Source of the DNA: Anaerolineales bacterium
GTDB taxonomy: Bacteria > Chloroflexota > Anaerolineae > Anaerolineales > UBA11858
Direction: 5' to 3'
NCBI GenBank assembly: GCA_041686005.1
Contig: JAWLER010000007.1
Coordinates: forward strand, 8,794-72,793
Length of the DNA stretch: 64,000 bases
The notes below the pieces were generated by a model that was not told the DNA's origin, ran no database searches, and saw only the letters and a program-made list of their open reading frames with translations. Positions within the stretch are counted from its first letter, which is position 1, and each line of letters starts with the position of its first letter. Positions 20,120-29,513 of the stretch are shown piece after piece. The position numbers and the translations under genes were made by a program.

Positions 20120-21427
20120 ATGGTTAACCCAGATCAGCTGGACATCCAATTATCACCAGAAGAGTTGAAGGTCCTGAGCGGTGCGCACGGCGAGGTGTTG
20201 CAGAAGGTCATGGAGACGGTGGTGTTGTTCGGTGAAGCGCTGGGTGCGGAGCGTCTGGTTGAGATTGAGGGATCCGGTCATTTCGTCATCCCTTGGTGTT
20301 ATCCGGGCATTGCCCCGCCTATAGATATGCTGGAAGAACTGGTAAATGCAGGGTTAAAGACGAAGTTCCCCTTTACCTTGGATCCTTATCCGCCCTTGGA
20401 TTTCGAAAACTTGAATTTAGAAACGGAAGTTGAAGAGGCGATCGAAGCGATGTACGCTGATCAGGACAGATATGATGAGTTGATCTCTCATTTGGGGTTG
20501 CGAGATGATCAGGCCTATACCTGCAATCCCTATCAACCAGAAGTGGGGAACATCCCTGAGCGGGGAACGATTCTGGCCTGGTCGGAATCCGCGTGTGCGA
20601 TTTACGCTAACGCAGTCCTTGGAGCGAGGACGAACCGGAATGGCGCGATCATGGATCTGCTGCTCAACATCCTTGGGAAAACCCCCCTGGCGGGTTTGTT
20701 AACGGATGAGGGTCGTAAGGCGAATTGGTTGGTGGACATAAGAACGCAAAGGCTGCCTGATCCCCAACTGCTGGGTGCGGTGATTGGTTTAAAGTTACTC
20801 TCTGGCGTCCCTTTTATTACTGGTCTGGATCGATTCCTCAACCCAGATCTGGATGAAGACACGAGGGACTACCTTCAAGAGATGGGTGCCATGATCGCGA
20901 CCTACAGCGCGGTGGACCTTTTTCATGTCGAGCATATCACGCCCGAAGCTGCAGACATTGGGAGGGATCTTTTACGGCCAGAATACGAATCGTGCATCAT
21001 CAATGAGACTGATCTTGAAAACGTGCTGGATTCCTTTCCCGTGCAGTGGGATGATCCAGAAGCCAAACCGGAGAAGTGCTATATCGGATGCCCGCATCTC
21101 AGCCTGGACCTAATATATACGTGGGCAGAGCGAATTGAAAGGGAATTAAACGTACAAGGCCAGGAACACTTGGCTGTGGATACGGTCCTTTGCGCTGCTC
21201 CCCAGGTGCTGGAGAAGTTCCAGCACGATCAGGATACATATCAAAGGATGTTGGAGGTAGGGGTGCGTTTCAGCCCCACGTGTAGTGAGACCATTTTCGA
21301 AACTGGGCTGTGCGCTGGAAAGCCTGTGGTCACCAGTTCCAATAAGTTAAGGGCATATACATCTGCCAGGTATTATGGGGATCGGAAACTCGTTGAAATC
21401 CTGGTCAAAGGGAATGTGGATGGCTGA
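20120..21427 (+). CDS. Aconitase X catalytic (large) subunit (DUF521)
   Basis: TCNPY, AWSES...YANAVLGARTNR, LFHVEHITPEA, IGCPHLS, TC, TSSNK. Confidence 0.88.
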   Translation: MVNPDQLDIQLSPEELKVLSGAHGEVLQKVMETVVLFGEALGAERLVEIEGSGHFVIPWCYPGIAPPIDMLEELVNAGLKTKFPFTLDPYPPLDFENLNLETEVEEAIEAMYADQDRYDELISHLGLRDDQAYTCNPYQPEVGNIPERGTILAWSESACAIYANAVLGARTNRNGAIMDLLLNILGKTPLAGLLTDEGRKANWLVDIRTQRLPDPQLLGAVIGLKLLSGVPFITGLDRFLNPDLDEDTRDYLQEMGAMIATYSAVDLFHVEHITPEAADIGRDLLRPEYESCIINETDLENVLDSFPVQWDDPEAKPEKCYIGCPHLSLDLIYTWAERIERELNVQGQEHLAVDTVLCAAPQVLEKFQHDQDTYQRMLEVGVRFSPTCSETIFETGLCAGKPVVTSSNKLRAYTSARYYGDRKLVEILVKGNVDG

Positions 21428-21908
21428 AAGGGAAGGGGTCAGGCAATTTAAGGGAAGACCGATTCTTCCCGGGGATGTAGTGGGTGAGGCTTTGGTTACC
21501 CATTTGGGTTTCAACGCTTACGCCAGTTTTTATGATTGTTTATCTGGGAATGTGGATACCGCGGTGTGCGCCGATGCCGGGAATGACGAGTTGTATGGAA
21601 GGCGCCTGGATAGCAAGATTATCTGCCTTCCGCAGACGATCGGCTCCACATCAGCAGGCGCGGTGTGGCAGCGGGTGGCGGATTTAGGTCTGGCCCCCAA
21701 AGCCATGTTGTTTTCGAAACCCATAGATTCCCTGGCCGCAGGGGGGTTAATCGTGGCGGATGTGTGGACGAACGTCCGCATCGTCACAGTCGATCAGCTC
21801 GGGGAAGATTTCTTAATTGCGGTGGAGAGCGGTGGACGAGTACATGTAGGGGAAGATGGAACTGTGGTTGTAAGGAGAAGCGGTGAGGGCGAGCATGAAA
21901 TCAAGTGA
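21420..21908 (+). CDS. Aconitase X swivel (small) subunit (DUF126)
   Basis: G.VVGEALVT, KIICLPQTIGSTSAG, APKAMLF. Overlaps the stop of the large subunit. Confidence 0.85.
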   Translation: MAEREGVRQFKGRPILPGDVVGEALVTHLGFNAYASFYDCLSGNVDTAVCADAGNDELYGRRLDSKIICLPQTIGSTSAGAVWQRVADLGLAPKAMLFSKPIDSLAAGGLIVADVWTNVRIVTVDQLGEDFLIAVESGGRVHVGEDGTVVVRRSGEGEHEIK

Positions 21909-22614
21909 ATCCGATAAGCTCCGGGAGATGATCATAAACAAGGCCAAAGAATTTGGTGCTACCCTAGCTGGCATTGGAAGGGTAGTCGATCTCAAGACGA
22001 CACCGACCTATGAAAAGTATGATCGGGTTCCCTATCTCGACTTTTTTGAGGCATTGCCGGAATGGCCGTCAGACGCGGAATCGATCTTGGTATTCGCCTT
22101 GCTCCATCCGAGAACCGAACCGGTCTTGGATTGGTGGGATTCCAAGCCGGGAGGGACGCCTGGAAATCGCGTCTTGATCCAAATCCAGAATAAAATGGAG
22201 GATTGGCTAAGGGAAGAGATGGACATCAAAGCCTATTCTCTGGCATATCATCTGGAAAAAGGTGGGGTATTTTTGAAAGACGCTGCGGTGTGTGCCAGTT
22301 TGGGCGTGATTGGGAAGAACAATTTGCTCATAACGCCTGAATATGGGCCAGACGTTCGCCTCAGAGCTTCTTTATTAGATGTAGCATTGGATCCAAGCGA
22401 ACCTCTGGATTTTGATCCCTGTGCAGGCTGTGATAAGCCCTGCTTTCAGGCCTGCCCCCAAGACGCTTTCAGAAGTGGTTCTTTTGAACGAAAATATTGC
22501 CGTATCCAAATGCGGAAGGATCAAGAAAACGCACGGTCATTACCCCATGACCCCAAAACAGTCTATGTCCGTTGGTGCCGTGCCTGTGAGCTTTCCTGTC
22601 CGATAGGGCGTTGA
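21883..22614 (+). CDS. QueG / reductive-dehalogenase-like double [4Fe-4S] protein, copy 1
   Basis: FGATLAGI, KDAAVCASLGVIGKNNLLITPEYGPDVRL, CAGCDKPCFQACP...C...CRACELSCP. Confidence 0.8.
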   Translation: MRASMKSSESDKLREMIINKAKEFGATLAGIGRVVDLKTTPTYEKYDRVPYLDFFEALPEWPSDAESILVFALLHPRTEPVLDWWDSKPGGTPGNRVLIQIQNKMEDWLREEMDIKAYSLAYHLEKGGVFLKDAAVCASLGVIGKNNLLITPEYGPDVRLRASLLDVALDPSEPLDFDPCAGCDKPCFQACPQDAFRSGSFERKYCRIQMRKDQENARSLPHDPKTVYVRWCRACELSCPIGR

Positions 22615-22749
22615 GGGATGATATGAATTCTGGAAGGGTGAGAAGTATATACTTCCCAATTTATCAAAGCAAGGTGATCATGATACATATTTTCTGGTGC
22701 CTCGTTTTCTGTGTTTTTACCAGCCTTGCTTTTTTGAGGAGGTAAACCT

Positions 22750-24807
22750 ATGTCGCTTGAGCGTCTATTAAAGCCGCGTTCCATTGCTGTTTTCGGCGGC
22801 GCCCAAGCCCAAGAGGCGATTCGCCAGTGTGATCGCATGGGATACAAAGGGGAAATATGGCCGGTCCATCCTAAAAAGGAGGAGATGTTAGGTCGCCGGG
22901 TTTACCGCTCTGTCGAGGATCTGCCGGAAAGCCCCGATGCCGCCTATGTCGCTGTGAATCGCTATATCACCATCGATATCGTCAGGGACCTCGCCGCCCG
23001 GGAAGCGGGTGGGGCGATTTGTTATGCCACCGGTTTCACGGAAGCAGGGGAGGAAGGATCTGAACTTGGAGAGCAGCTTTTGGAGGTCTCGGGAGACATG
23101 CCCCTCATCGGCCCGAATTGTTACGGCCTCCTCAACTATCTCACCGGGGCCATGCTCTGGCCAGACCAGCAAGGTGGCCAAAGAGTAGACCAAGGCGTGG
23201 CCATTATCACCATGTCATCGAATGTGGGCTTCAACCTCACCATGCAGCGGCGGGGCCTGCCCATTGCCTATATGGTTTCCCTTGGAAACAGGATTAAGTT
23301 TGATCTCCAGGATGCCGTGCGTGCCTTTGCCCGGGAAGATCAGGTCACAGCGTTAGGGTTGTTTCTGGAGACGATTCCGGATCCAAAAGCGTTCGAGCAG
23401 GCGGTTACTTTCGCTAAGGATATGGGAAAACCCACGGTAGCGATCAAGACCGGACGTTCTGAAGTCGCCAAGAAAATGGTCATGTCCCACACGGCGTCCC
23501 TGGCCGGTTCTGACGTTCTGGTGAGTGCTTTATTCGAGCGACTCGGTGTGGCCCGCGTGGATTCTCTGGAGGCGCTCATAGAGGCCCTGAAGGTATTGCA
23601 TGTTCTCGGTCCATTGGACGGCGGTCGAGTTGCAGCCATGAGCACTTCAGGCGGCGATCTCACGCTTCTCGCGGATGCTTTAGGACCGAAACTGGACATG
23701 CCTCAGCTATCCGAGGAGGTGAAGCGAAAATTTCGCCAGACGCTTCATGAACGGATGGTGGCAGCCAATCCGTTCGATTTTCAGATGTTTTACTGGAATG
23801 ACGAGGAACGCATGGCCGAACAATTTACAGCTTTTTTGGAAGATGATTTTGACGTGGCATTGTGTTTACTCGACTACCCGCGGGAAGATCGCTGTGACCA
23901 ATCGACTTGGAGAGGGGCTGAGAGGGGGTTTGTCCGGGCGGCGCAGCAGACCGGCACCAAAGGTGCGGTGATGGCGACCTTCTCGGATACGATTTCAGAA
24001 CCGGTGGCAAAGCGGTTAATGGAAGATGGGATTGCTAATCTGGCTGGCATTAAGGATGGTATCGCGGGCATCCAGGCGGCAGTGGATGTAGGTGTAGCTT
24101 GGAAACAACCACCCAGCCCACCGCTGTTAGAGATCCCTGACCAGCTGCAGGACCAACCTGTCAAAGTGTTAGATGAAGCTGAAGCCAAAGATCATCTAGC
24201 CCGGATTGGCGTTCCCATCCCCTCCGGCCGTGTCGTTACCGATACTGAAGAGGCGATTATGGCGGCTGAAGCATTGGGTTACCCGGTCGTTTTAAAAGCG
24301 TTAGGCCTCACCCATAAGACCGAAGTTAATGGCGTCAGGCTCAACCTTAGTAACCCAGAGGGATTAGCGACAGCAGTGGCAGAGGTGTCAGAACTCTCTG
24401 GATCCATGTTAATCGAACAAATGGTCGAGGATGTTGTCGTAGAGCTTCTGGTCGGCGTAGCCTGGGATGTCCAATTTGGACCCTTCCTTATGGTCGGAGG
24501 TGGCGGAATCCTCGTCGAGATGATGAAAGATACCGTTTCACTCCTCTTGCCAGCCAGCAAAGAAAGGGTACTGGACGCGTTGAATACGCTAAAATGCGCT
24601 CCGCTTTTCAGCGGGTTCAGGGGAGGGCCACCAGCCGATCTGAACGCTGCTGTTGATGTCATCTTGGCGGTTGCGGGTATGGTAGAGGATGATCCAACAT
24701 CCATCATTGAGCTTGACATCAATCCTTTGTTGGTTTTGGCTGAGGGGCAGGGTGTGGTGGCGGCCGATGCCCTGATCAGTATCCCTACGGATGATTTAAA
24801 CACATAG
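22750..24807 (+). CDS. ADP-forming acyl-CoA synthetase (acetate-CoA ligase family, fused alpha/beta)
   Basis: PRSIAVFG, GPNCYG, SHTASLAG (phospho-His), GYPVVLK, HKTE..GV.L, ELDINPL. Confidence 0.9.
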   Translation: MSLERLLKPRSIAVFGGAQAQEAIRQCDRMGYKGEIWPVHPKKEEMLGRRVYRSVEDLPESPDAAYVAVNRYITIDIVRDLAAREAGGAICYATGFTEAGEEGSELGEQLLEVSGDMPLIGPNCYGLLNYLTGAMLWPDQQGGQRVDQGVAIITMSSNVGFNLTMQRRGLPIAYMVSLGNRIKFDLQDAVRAFAREDQVTALGLFLETIPDPKAFEQAVTFAKDMGKPTVAIKTGRSEVAKKMVMSHTASLAGSDVLVSALFERLGVARVDSLEALIEALKVLHVLGPLDGGRVAAMSTSGGDLTLLADALGPKLDMPQLSEEVKRKFRQTLHERMVAANPFDFQMFYWNDEERMAEQFTAFLEDDFDVALCLLDYPREDRCDQSTWRGAERGFVRAAQQTGTKGAVMATFSDTISEPVAKRLMEDGIANLAGIKDGIAGIQAAVDVGVAWKQPPSPPLLEIPDQLQDQPVKVLDEAEAKDHLARIGVPIPSGRVVTDTEEAIMAAEALGYPVVLKALGLTHKTEVNGVRLNLSNPEGLATAVAEVSELSGSMLIEQMVEDVVVELLVGVAWDVQFGPFLMVGGGGILVEMMKDTVSLLLPASKERVLDALNTLKCAPLFSGFRGGPPADLNAAVDVILAVAGMVEDDPTSIIELDINPLLVLAEGQGVVAADALISIPTDDLNT

Positions 24808-24916
24808 TGGGCCACAGAGTGTGGAGGGTAAGTGCTTTGAATCTCATATGGTTAGCTGCTAGTAGGGCATGATCTAAAAGGAACGCCCTGTAAGTGGGTG
24901 AAAAGGAGGTTCATTA

Positions 24917-25678
24917 ATGACATCTGAGAATCATATCCTTCGAGAAACCATCCTGGAGAAGGCAAAAGAATTGGGTGCCTCAGTAGTGGGGATCGCCAGG
25001 ATGGAAGACCTTAAAGACTCCCCCTCTTTTTGCATTTATGAAGAGAAACCGTTCTATGAAGAATATGATCCCTCTTCCTCTGATTTTTATGAATTTAAAG
25101 GTTTTGATTGGCATGAGCCTCACAAGTCAGTCCTTGTGTGGGGTTTGTCTCATCCACCTTCCAAACCCGTCCTCGATTGGTGGAGCATGAAGGTCCCGGG
25201 CTTTACCCCTGGCAACCGCATATTGCGAAGCCAGTCGCATGAGCTCCGGGTTTGGCTGGAGGAGAAGCTTGGCATCGATGCCCTTTCACTGCCTTATCAG
25301 GTTGAGTTTGGCGGGACTTTCCTCAAAGACGCCGCCCACCTGGCTGGCTTGGGGGTGATCGGCAAAAATAACCTCTTGATCACACCGGAGTATGGACCTC
25401 GCGTGCGTCTCCGGGCGATCTCCCTGGAGGCTGTGTTCGAGCCAACAGGCCCCATCGATTTTGATCCCTGCAAAGGGTGCGATATGCCCTGTCACCGGGC
25501 TTGTCCGAGGGACGCGTTCCGAAGTGGATCATTTGAAAGACCCTATTGCAAAGAGGAGAATGACGCCCGATATGATAACGAAGAATTAATCGATGGTTCG
25601 GTGATGGGGATCGACGAGCCCAGCATGGTCATGAAACCTTGCCGGTTTTGCGAACTCGCCTGCCCCATCGCTAAGTGA
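24917..25678 (+). CDS. QueG / reductive-dehalogenase-like double [4Fe-4S] protein, copy 2
   Basis: Paralog of 21883-22614: KDAAHLAGLGVIGKNNLLITPEYGPRVRL, CKGCDMPCHRACP...CRFCELACP. Confidence 0.8.
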   Translation: MTSENHILRETILEKAKELGASVVGIARMEDLKDSPSFCIYEEKPFYEEYDPSSSDFYEFKGFDWHEPHKSVLVWGLSHPPSKPVLDWWSMKVPGFTPGNRILRSQSHELRVWLEEKLGIDALSLPYQVEFGGTFLKDAAHLAGLGVIGKNNLLITPEYGPRVRLRAISLEAVFEPTGPIDFDPCKGCDMPCHRACPRDAFRSGSFERPYCKEENDARYDNEELIDGSVMGIDEPSMVMKPCRFCELACPIAK

Positions 25679-25768
25679 ATAGATCAGCGAGCAAAGGTTA
25701 CATGAGAAGTTGAGAGCACTCCTAGTTGTGAAATTTGGTAGATCGGGATAGGACAACGGAGATTTGAG

Positions 25769-26968
25769 ATGAGAGTATCACAGCCAGAAGAAGTGGGTAT
25801 GTCGTCGGAACGATTAAAACGGATAAACGATTTTATGAAATGCTATGTCGATGGCGGGAAAGCTGCGGGTTTTGTGACCCTGGTCGCTCGGGGGGGGAAA
25901 CTCATCTACTTGGATAAATACGGTTATCAGGACCTTGCCACCCAGACCCCCATCGAGCTGGATACGATTTTTCGCATCTATTCGATGACCAAACCGATCA
26001 CCAGCGTGGGTTTTATGAAGTTGTTTGAACGCGGTCTGGTGCGCTTGGAAGACCCGGTGAGCAAGTTTATTCCAGCGTTTAAGGACGTCAAGGTGTACGG
26101 TGAGGAAGGGAAACTGGTGGATCCCATCCGCGAGATCACAGTTCATGATTTGCTGATCCACACGGCAGGTCTCAGTTATGGGGGGATCCAGGAGACGGAA
26201 ATCATCGTCGACGAGTTTTATGACCGGGCGGAGCTGTTCAGCCCGGATATCGATCTGGAAGAGATGGTGCAAAGGATCGCTTCTCTCCCGCTAGCTTACC
26301 AACCGGGCACGGTGTGGCACTACAGCGTATCTATGGATGTTTTAGGACACTTGATCGAAATCATCGCCGATATGGCGTTGCCGGATTATCTGAATGAAAG
26401 CGTGCTTAACCCACTGGGTATGAAGGACACCTCCTTCCAGGTCCCAGCTGAGAAGGCGGATCGTTTTTCTACCCTCTACGGTAAGACGGACGAGAGTGAC
26501 CTCGTTGTCATTCCCGATGAAATTGGGGGGGATTATTTTGACGTCAGCTTATATTTGGGCGGCTCAGGGCTGGTATCCACGATAGCTGATTATTACCGAT
26601 TTGCGCAAATGGTGTATAACCGGGGTGAATTGGACGGTGTCCGTATGTTGAGCCCGAAAACGATGGCATACATGACCGCCAATCACCTCCCCCGTGATCT
26701 GCTGCCCATTTCTATGGGAGAGGTGTGGCCGGGCATGGGCTTTGGTTTGGGATTTAGCGTTGTCTTGGATGTCCCCTTGTCTGGGATGATGGGATCGGTT
26801 GGCCTTCACGGCTGGGGTGGGTGGGCGAAAACACATTTTTGGGTGGATCCCCGAGAGAAGATGATCGGGATTCTGATGATGCAGTTTATCCCCCAGGGGA
26901 CGACCCCTGTGACCAATGATTTTCGGACAGCGGTATATCAAGCGATCTTGGATATGTATGATTCCTGA
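25769..26968 (+). CDS. Beta-lactamase-family serine hydrolase (EstB-like esterase/amidase)
   Basis: FRIYSMTK (SxxK), LLIHTAGL, WHYS, GWGG. No signal peptide. Confidence 0.88.
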   Translation: MRVSQPEEVGMSSERLKRINDFMKCYVDGGKAAGFVTLVARGGKLIYLDKYGYQDLATQTPIELDTIFRIYSMTKPITSVGFMKLFERGLVRLEDPVSKFIPAFKDVKVYGEEGKLVDPIREITVHDLLIHTAGLSYGGIQETEIIVDEFYDRAELFSPDIDLEEMVQRIASLPLAYQPGTVWHYSVSMDVLGHLIEIIADMALPDYLNESVLNPLGMKDTSFQVPAEKADRFSTLYGKTDESDLVVIPDEIGGDYFDVSLYLGGSGLVSTIADYYRFAQMVYNRGELDGVRMLSPKTMAYMTANHLPRDLLPISMGEVWPGMGFGLGFSVVLDVPLSGMMGSVGLHGWGGWAKTHFWVDPREKMIGILMMQFIPQGTTPVTNDFRTAVYQAILDMYDS

Positions 26969-27014
26969 GTAAGCAGGGAAACTACGCTGGTTTTTGATAC
27001 AAAGGAGATTTGTT

Positions 27015-28217
27015 ATGAAGGATGTAGTCATTGTCGATGCAGTGCGAACCCCTGTAGGTAATCATGGAGGAATGTTTCGTGATCTGAATGCGGATGAGTT
27101 GGCTCAGGCCGCGATTGAGGGGCTGCTGGAGCGAACGGAGCTTGATCCATCATCGATTAATGAGGTAATTTTAGGGAACGTGTTCCAATCCAGCGATGCG
27201 CCCAATATCGGCCGGGTGGCTGCCCTGAAGGCGGGTATCCCCATAGAAGTGCCTGCATATACTACAAACCGGAATTGCACATCGAGTATGGATGCTATTG
27301 TGTATGCTTGGCGGAGCATTCAGGTCGGGGACGGGGATATCTATCTCGTGGGCGGGGTGGAATCCATGAGCAACATCCCATATCTGGCGAGAGGAGCGCG
27401 CTGGGGGCTTAGACTCCGCCACGCACAGTTTACGGATTCTTTGTGGGAGGGTTTGACCGATCCGGTTTGCGGGCAGATCATGGGCCGCACAGCAGAGAAC
27501 CTTGCTGAGGAATTTCATATCACCCGCCAGGAACAGGATGAGTTCGCGGTGGGCAGCCATCAGAAGGCATACCATGCCCAGCAAGAGGGGAGATTTGAGG
27601 AGGAGATCGTCCCCGTGGAAATCACCAAAAGGAGGAAGGGGAAAGTTCTCCTGGATCAAGACGAGACCATCAATCCGGATTTGACGGTGGAAAGGGCCAG
27701 CCAGGCGCCAGCGGTCTTCAAAGAAGGGGGTACTGTCACTCCTGCCAATGCCTGTAGTATTTCGGACGGGGCTTGTGCCATGTTGGTCATGAGTGCCGAG
27801 AAAGCGGATGAGTTGGGTTACACTCCATTTGCCCGGATTTTAGGGTACGGTTATGCGGGTGTGGAACCTCACCGGATGGGGATCGCTCCCGTGATTGCTG
27901 TGCCCAGGGCCCTTGAAAAAGCGCAGTTAGATCTGGAAGAAATGGATTTGATCGAACTCAATGAGGCCTTTGCTGCTCAGGTGCTTTCCGTGGGCAAAGA
28001 ACTGGATTGGAATTGGGATATTGTAAACGTAAATGGGGGCGCGATTGCCCTTGGACACCCCGTCGGTTCATCTGGATGTCGGATTGTCGTTACACTTTTG
28101 TATGAGATTCACCGCAGGAAAAAAGAGGGTGATTCAATGAAATATGGATTGGCGACTTTATGTGCGGGAGGTGGACAGGGCAGCGCTTTGGTTGTCGAAA
28201 TTCCTAATGGTAAATAA
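27015..28217 (+). CDS. Acetyl-CoA C-acyltransferase (thiolase)
   Basis: NRNCTSS, GGVESMS, NEAF, GGAIALGHPVG, LCAGGGQG. Confidence 0.95.
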   Translation: MKDVVIVDAVRTPVGNHGGMFRDLNADELAQAAIEGLLERTELDPSSINEVILGNVFQSSDAPNIGRVAALKAGIPIEVPAYTTNRNCTSSMDAIVYAWRSIQVGDGDIYLVGGVESMSNIPYLARGARWGLRLRHAQFTDSLWEGLTDPVCGQIMGRTAENLAEEFHITRQEQDEFAVGSHQKAYHAQQEGRFEEEIVPVEITKRRKGKVLLDQDETINPDLTVERASQAPAVFKEGGTVTPANACSISDGACAMLVMSAEKADELGYTPFARILGYGYAGVEPHRMGIAPVIAVPRALEKAQLDLEEMDLIELNEAFAAQVLSVGKELDWNWDIVNVNGGAIALGHPVGSSGCRIVVTLLYEIHRRKKEGDSMKYGLATLCAGGGQGSALVVEIPNGK

Positions 28218-28292
28218 TCAATATAGACAATGGATTATCAATTTTTGTTCCCATGAGAAACATAAACCCCAATGCTCAGAGGAGGTACCGAG

Positions 28293-29429
28293 ATGATTGA
28301 CTTTACATTTACTGAAGAACAAGAACTGTTCCAAAAAGCCGCCAGAGAGTTCGCAGAGACCGAACTCGCCCCTCATGTTCCGGCCATGGAAGAGAATGAT
28401 GAATACTGGGAGCCGGTGATCGATGCGCTGTGCGAGGCAGAGATGATGGCCATCACCATCCCAGAAGAATACGGAGGCTTGGGATTGGGTTATGTGGAGC
28501 GTTTGATCGCTTTAGAAGAAATCGCCCGCATTTCTTCCGCGACGGCGATGATGATGCAGGTGGGTGGTTTGGGGATCGCACCTATCCTTGTGTTTGGGAA
28601 TGAAGAACAAAAACAGAAATACTTGCCCGGTTTGGCTTCTGGGGAGCATTTTGCCACCGTCGCGGTCACCGAACCATCTGGTGGTTCCAATCCCAAAGAT
28701 TGTTCTACCACCTATGTCAAGGAAGATGGCAAATACATTTTGAATGGTCGAAAATGCTTCATCACCAATGCTCACATCGCGGATGTTCAGGTCGTATTTG
28801 CAGCCGATGCGGATGACCCATCAACCCATTCCACATTTATTGTGGAAAGCGGATGGGAGGGTTTTAAAGCTACTCATATTGAACACAAAGTGGGATGGCG
28901 CGGTTGCAATACCGGGGAGATCGAGTTGAAGGATTGTGAAGTACCCGCTGAAAATCTCTTGGGACCGGAAGGAAAGGGCATGCGCGTGGCGATGACGGTG
29001 ATCAGCGATGTAGGCCGGGGTGGTATGGTGGGCTGCGCCTTAGGCATCCAACAGGCCTGTCTGGACGCATCCATCGAGTTTGCCAAAGAACGTGAACTAT
29101 ACGGTAAGCCGATCAGCTATCTGCAGGCCATCCAGTTCAAGCTGGCCGAGATGAAAATCGACCTGGAAGCTGGGAGACTGCTGGGGTACCGGGCAGCTTC
29201 CATTCAGGATGCTGGGGGCAATGCCGGGAATGAGTTTGCGGTGGCGAAATACTATACCACGGAAGCAGCGCAAAAAGCGGCCAAAATGGCTGTGGATATC
29301 CATGGTGGATACGGCGTCATGCAGGAAGTGGATATTACCCGCCACCTCCGGGACTCATTTGTATTGGGTCCGTCAGCTGGCACTTCGGATATCATGAAGG
29401 TCATCATCGCCCGGTGGGTGCTGTCCTAA
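28293..29429 (+). CDS. Acyl-CoA dehydrogenase
   Basis: IPEEYGGLG, AVTEPSGGS, LNGRKCFITN, QAIQFKLAEM, IHGGYG. Confidence 0.93.
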   Translation: MIDFTFTEEQELFQKAAREFAETELAPHVPAMEENDEYWEPVIDALCEAEMMAITIPEEYGGLGLGYVERLIALEEIARISSATAMMMQVGGLGIAPILVFGNEEQKQKYLPGLASGEHFATVAVTEPSGGSNPKDCSTTYVKEDGKYILNGRKCFITNAHIADVQVVFAADADDPSTHSTFIVESGWEGFKATHIEHKVGWRGCNTGEIELKDCEVPAENLLGPEGKGMRVAMTVISDVGRGGMVGCALGIQQACLDASIEFAKERELYGKPISYLQAIQFKLAEMKIDLEAGRLLGYRAASIQDAGGNAGNEFAVAKYYTTEAAQKAAKMAVDIHGGYGVMQEVDITRHLRDSFVLGPSAGTSDIMKVIIARWVLS

Positions 29430-29513
29430 CGCGTGTCTAAGTAGTTTTTGTGTGGGTAACAGGTCACGATCTGATACCTACTTTTAAGCATATCGGCTAC
29501 TCGAGGATATTGC

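Noticed and set aside
20120-21908. Archaeal-type mevalonate pathway
   Set aside because: No UbiD/UbiX, mevalonate kinase or HMG-CoA reductase in the window.
21883-25678. Respiratory reductive dehalogenase or bona fide tRNA QueG
   Set aside because: Too short, no Tat signal or RdhB anchor, duplicated, and embedded in a catabolic operon.
25769-26968. Beta-lactam resistance gene
   Set aside because: No signal peptide. The EstB-like motifs and catabolic context indicate a cytoplasmic esterase/amidase.
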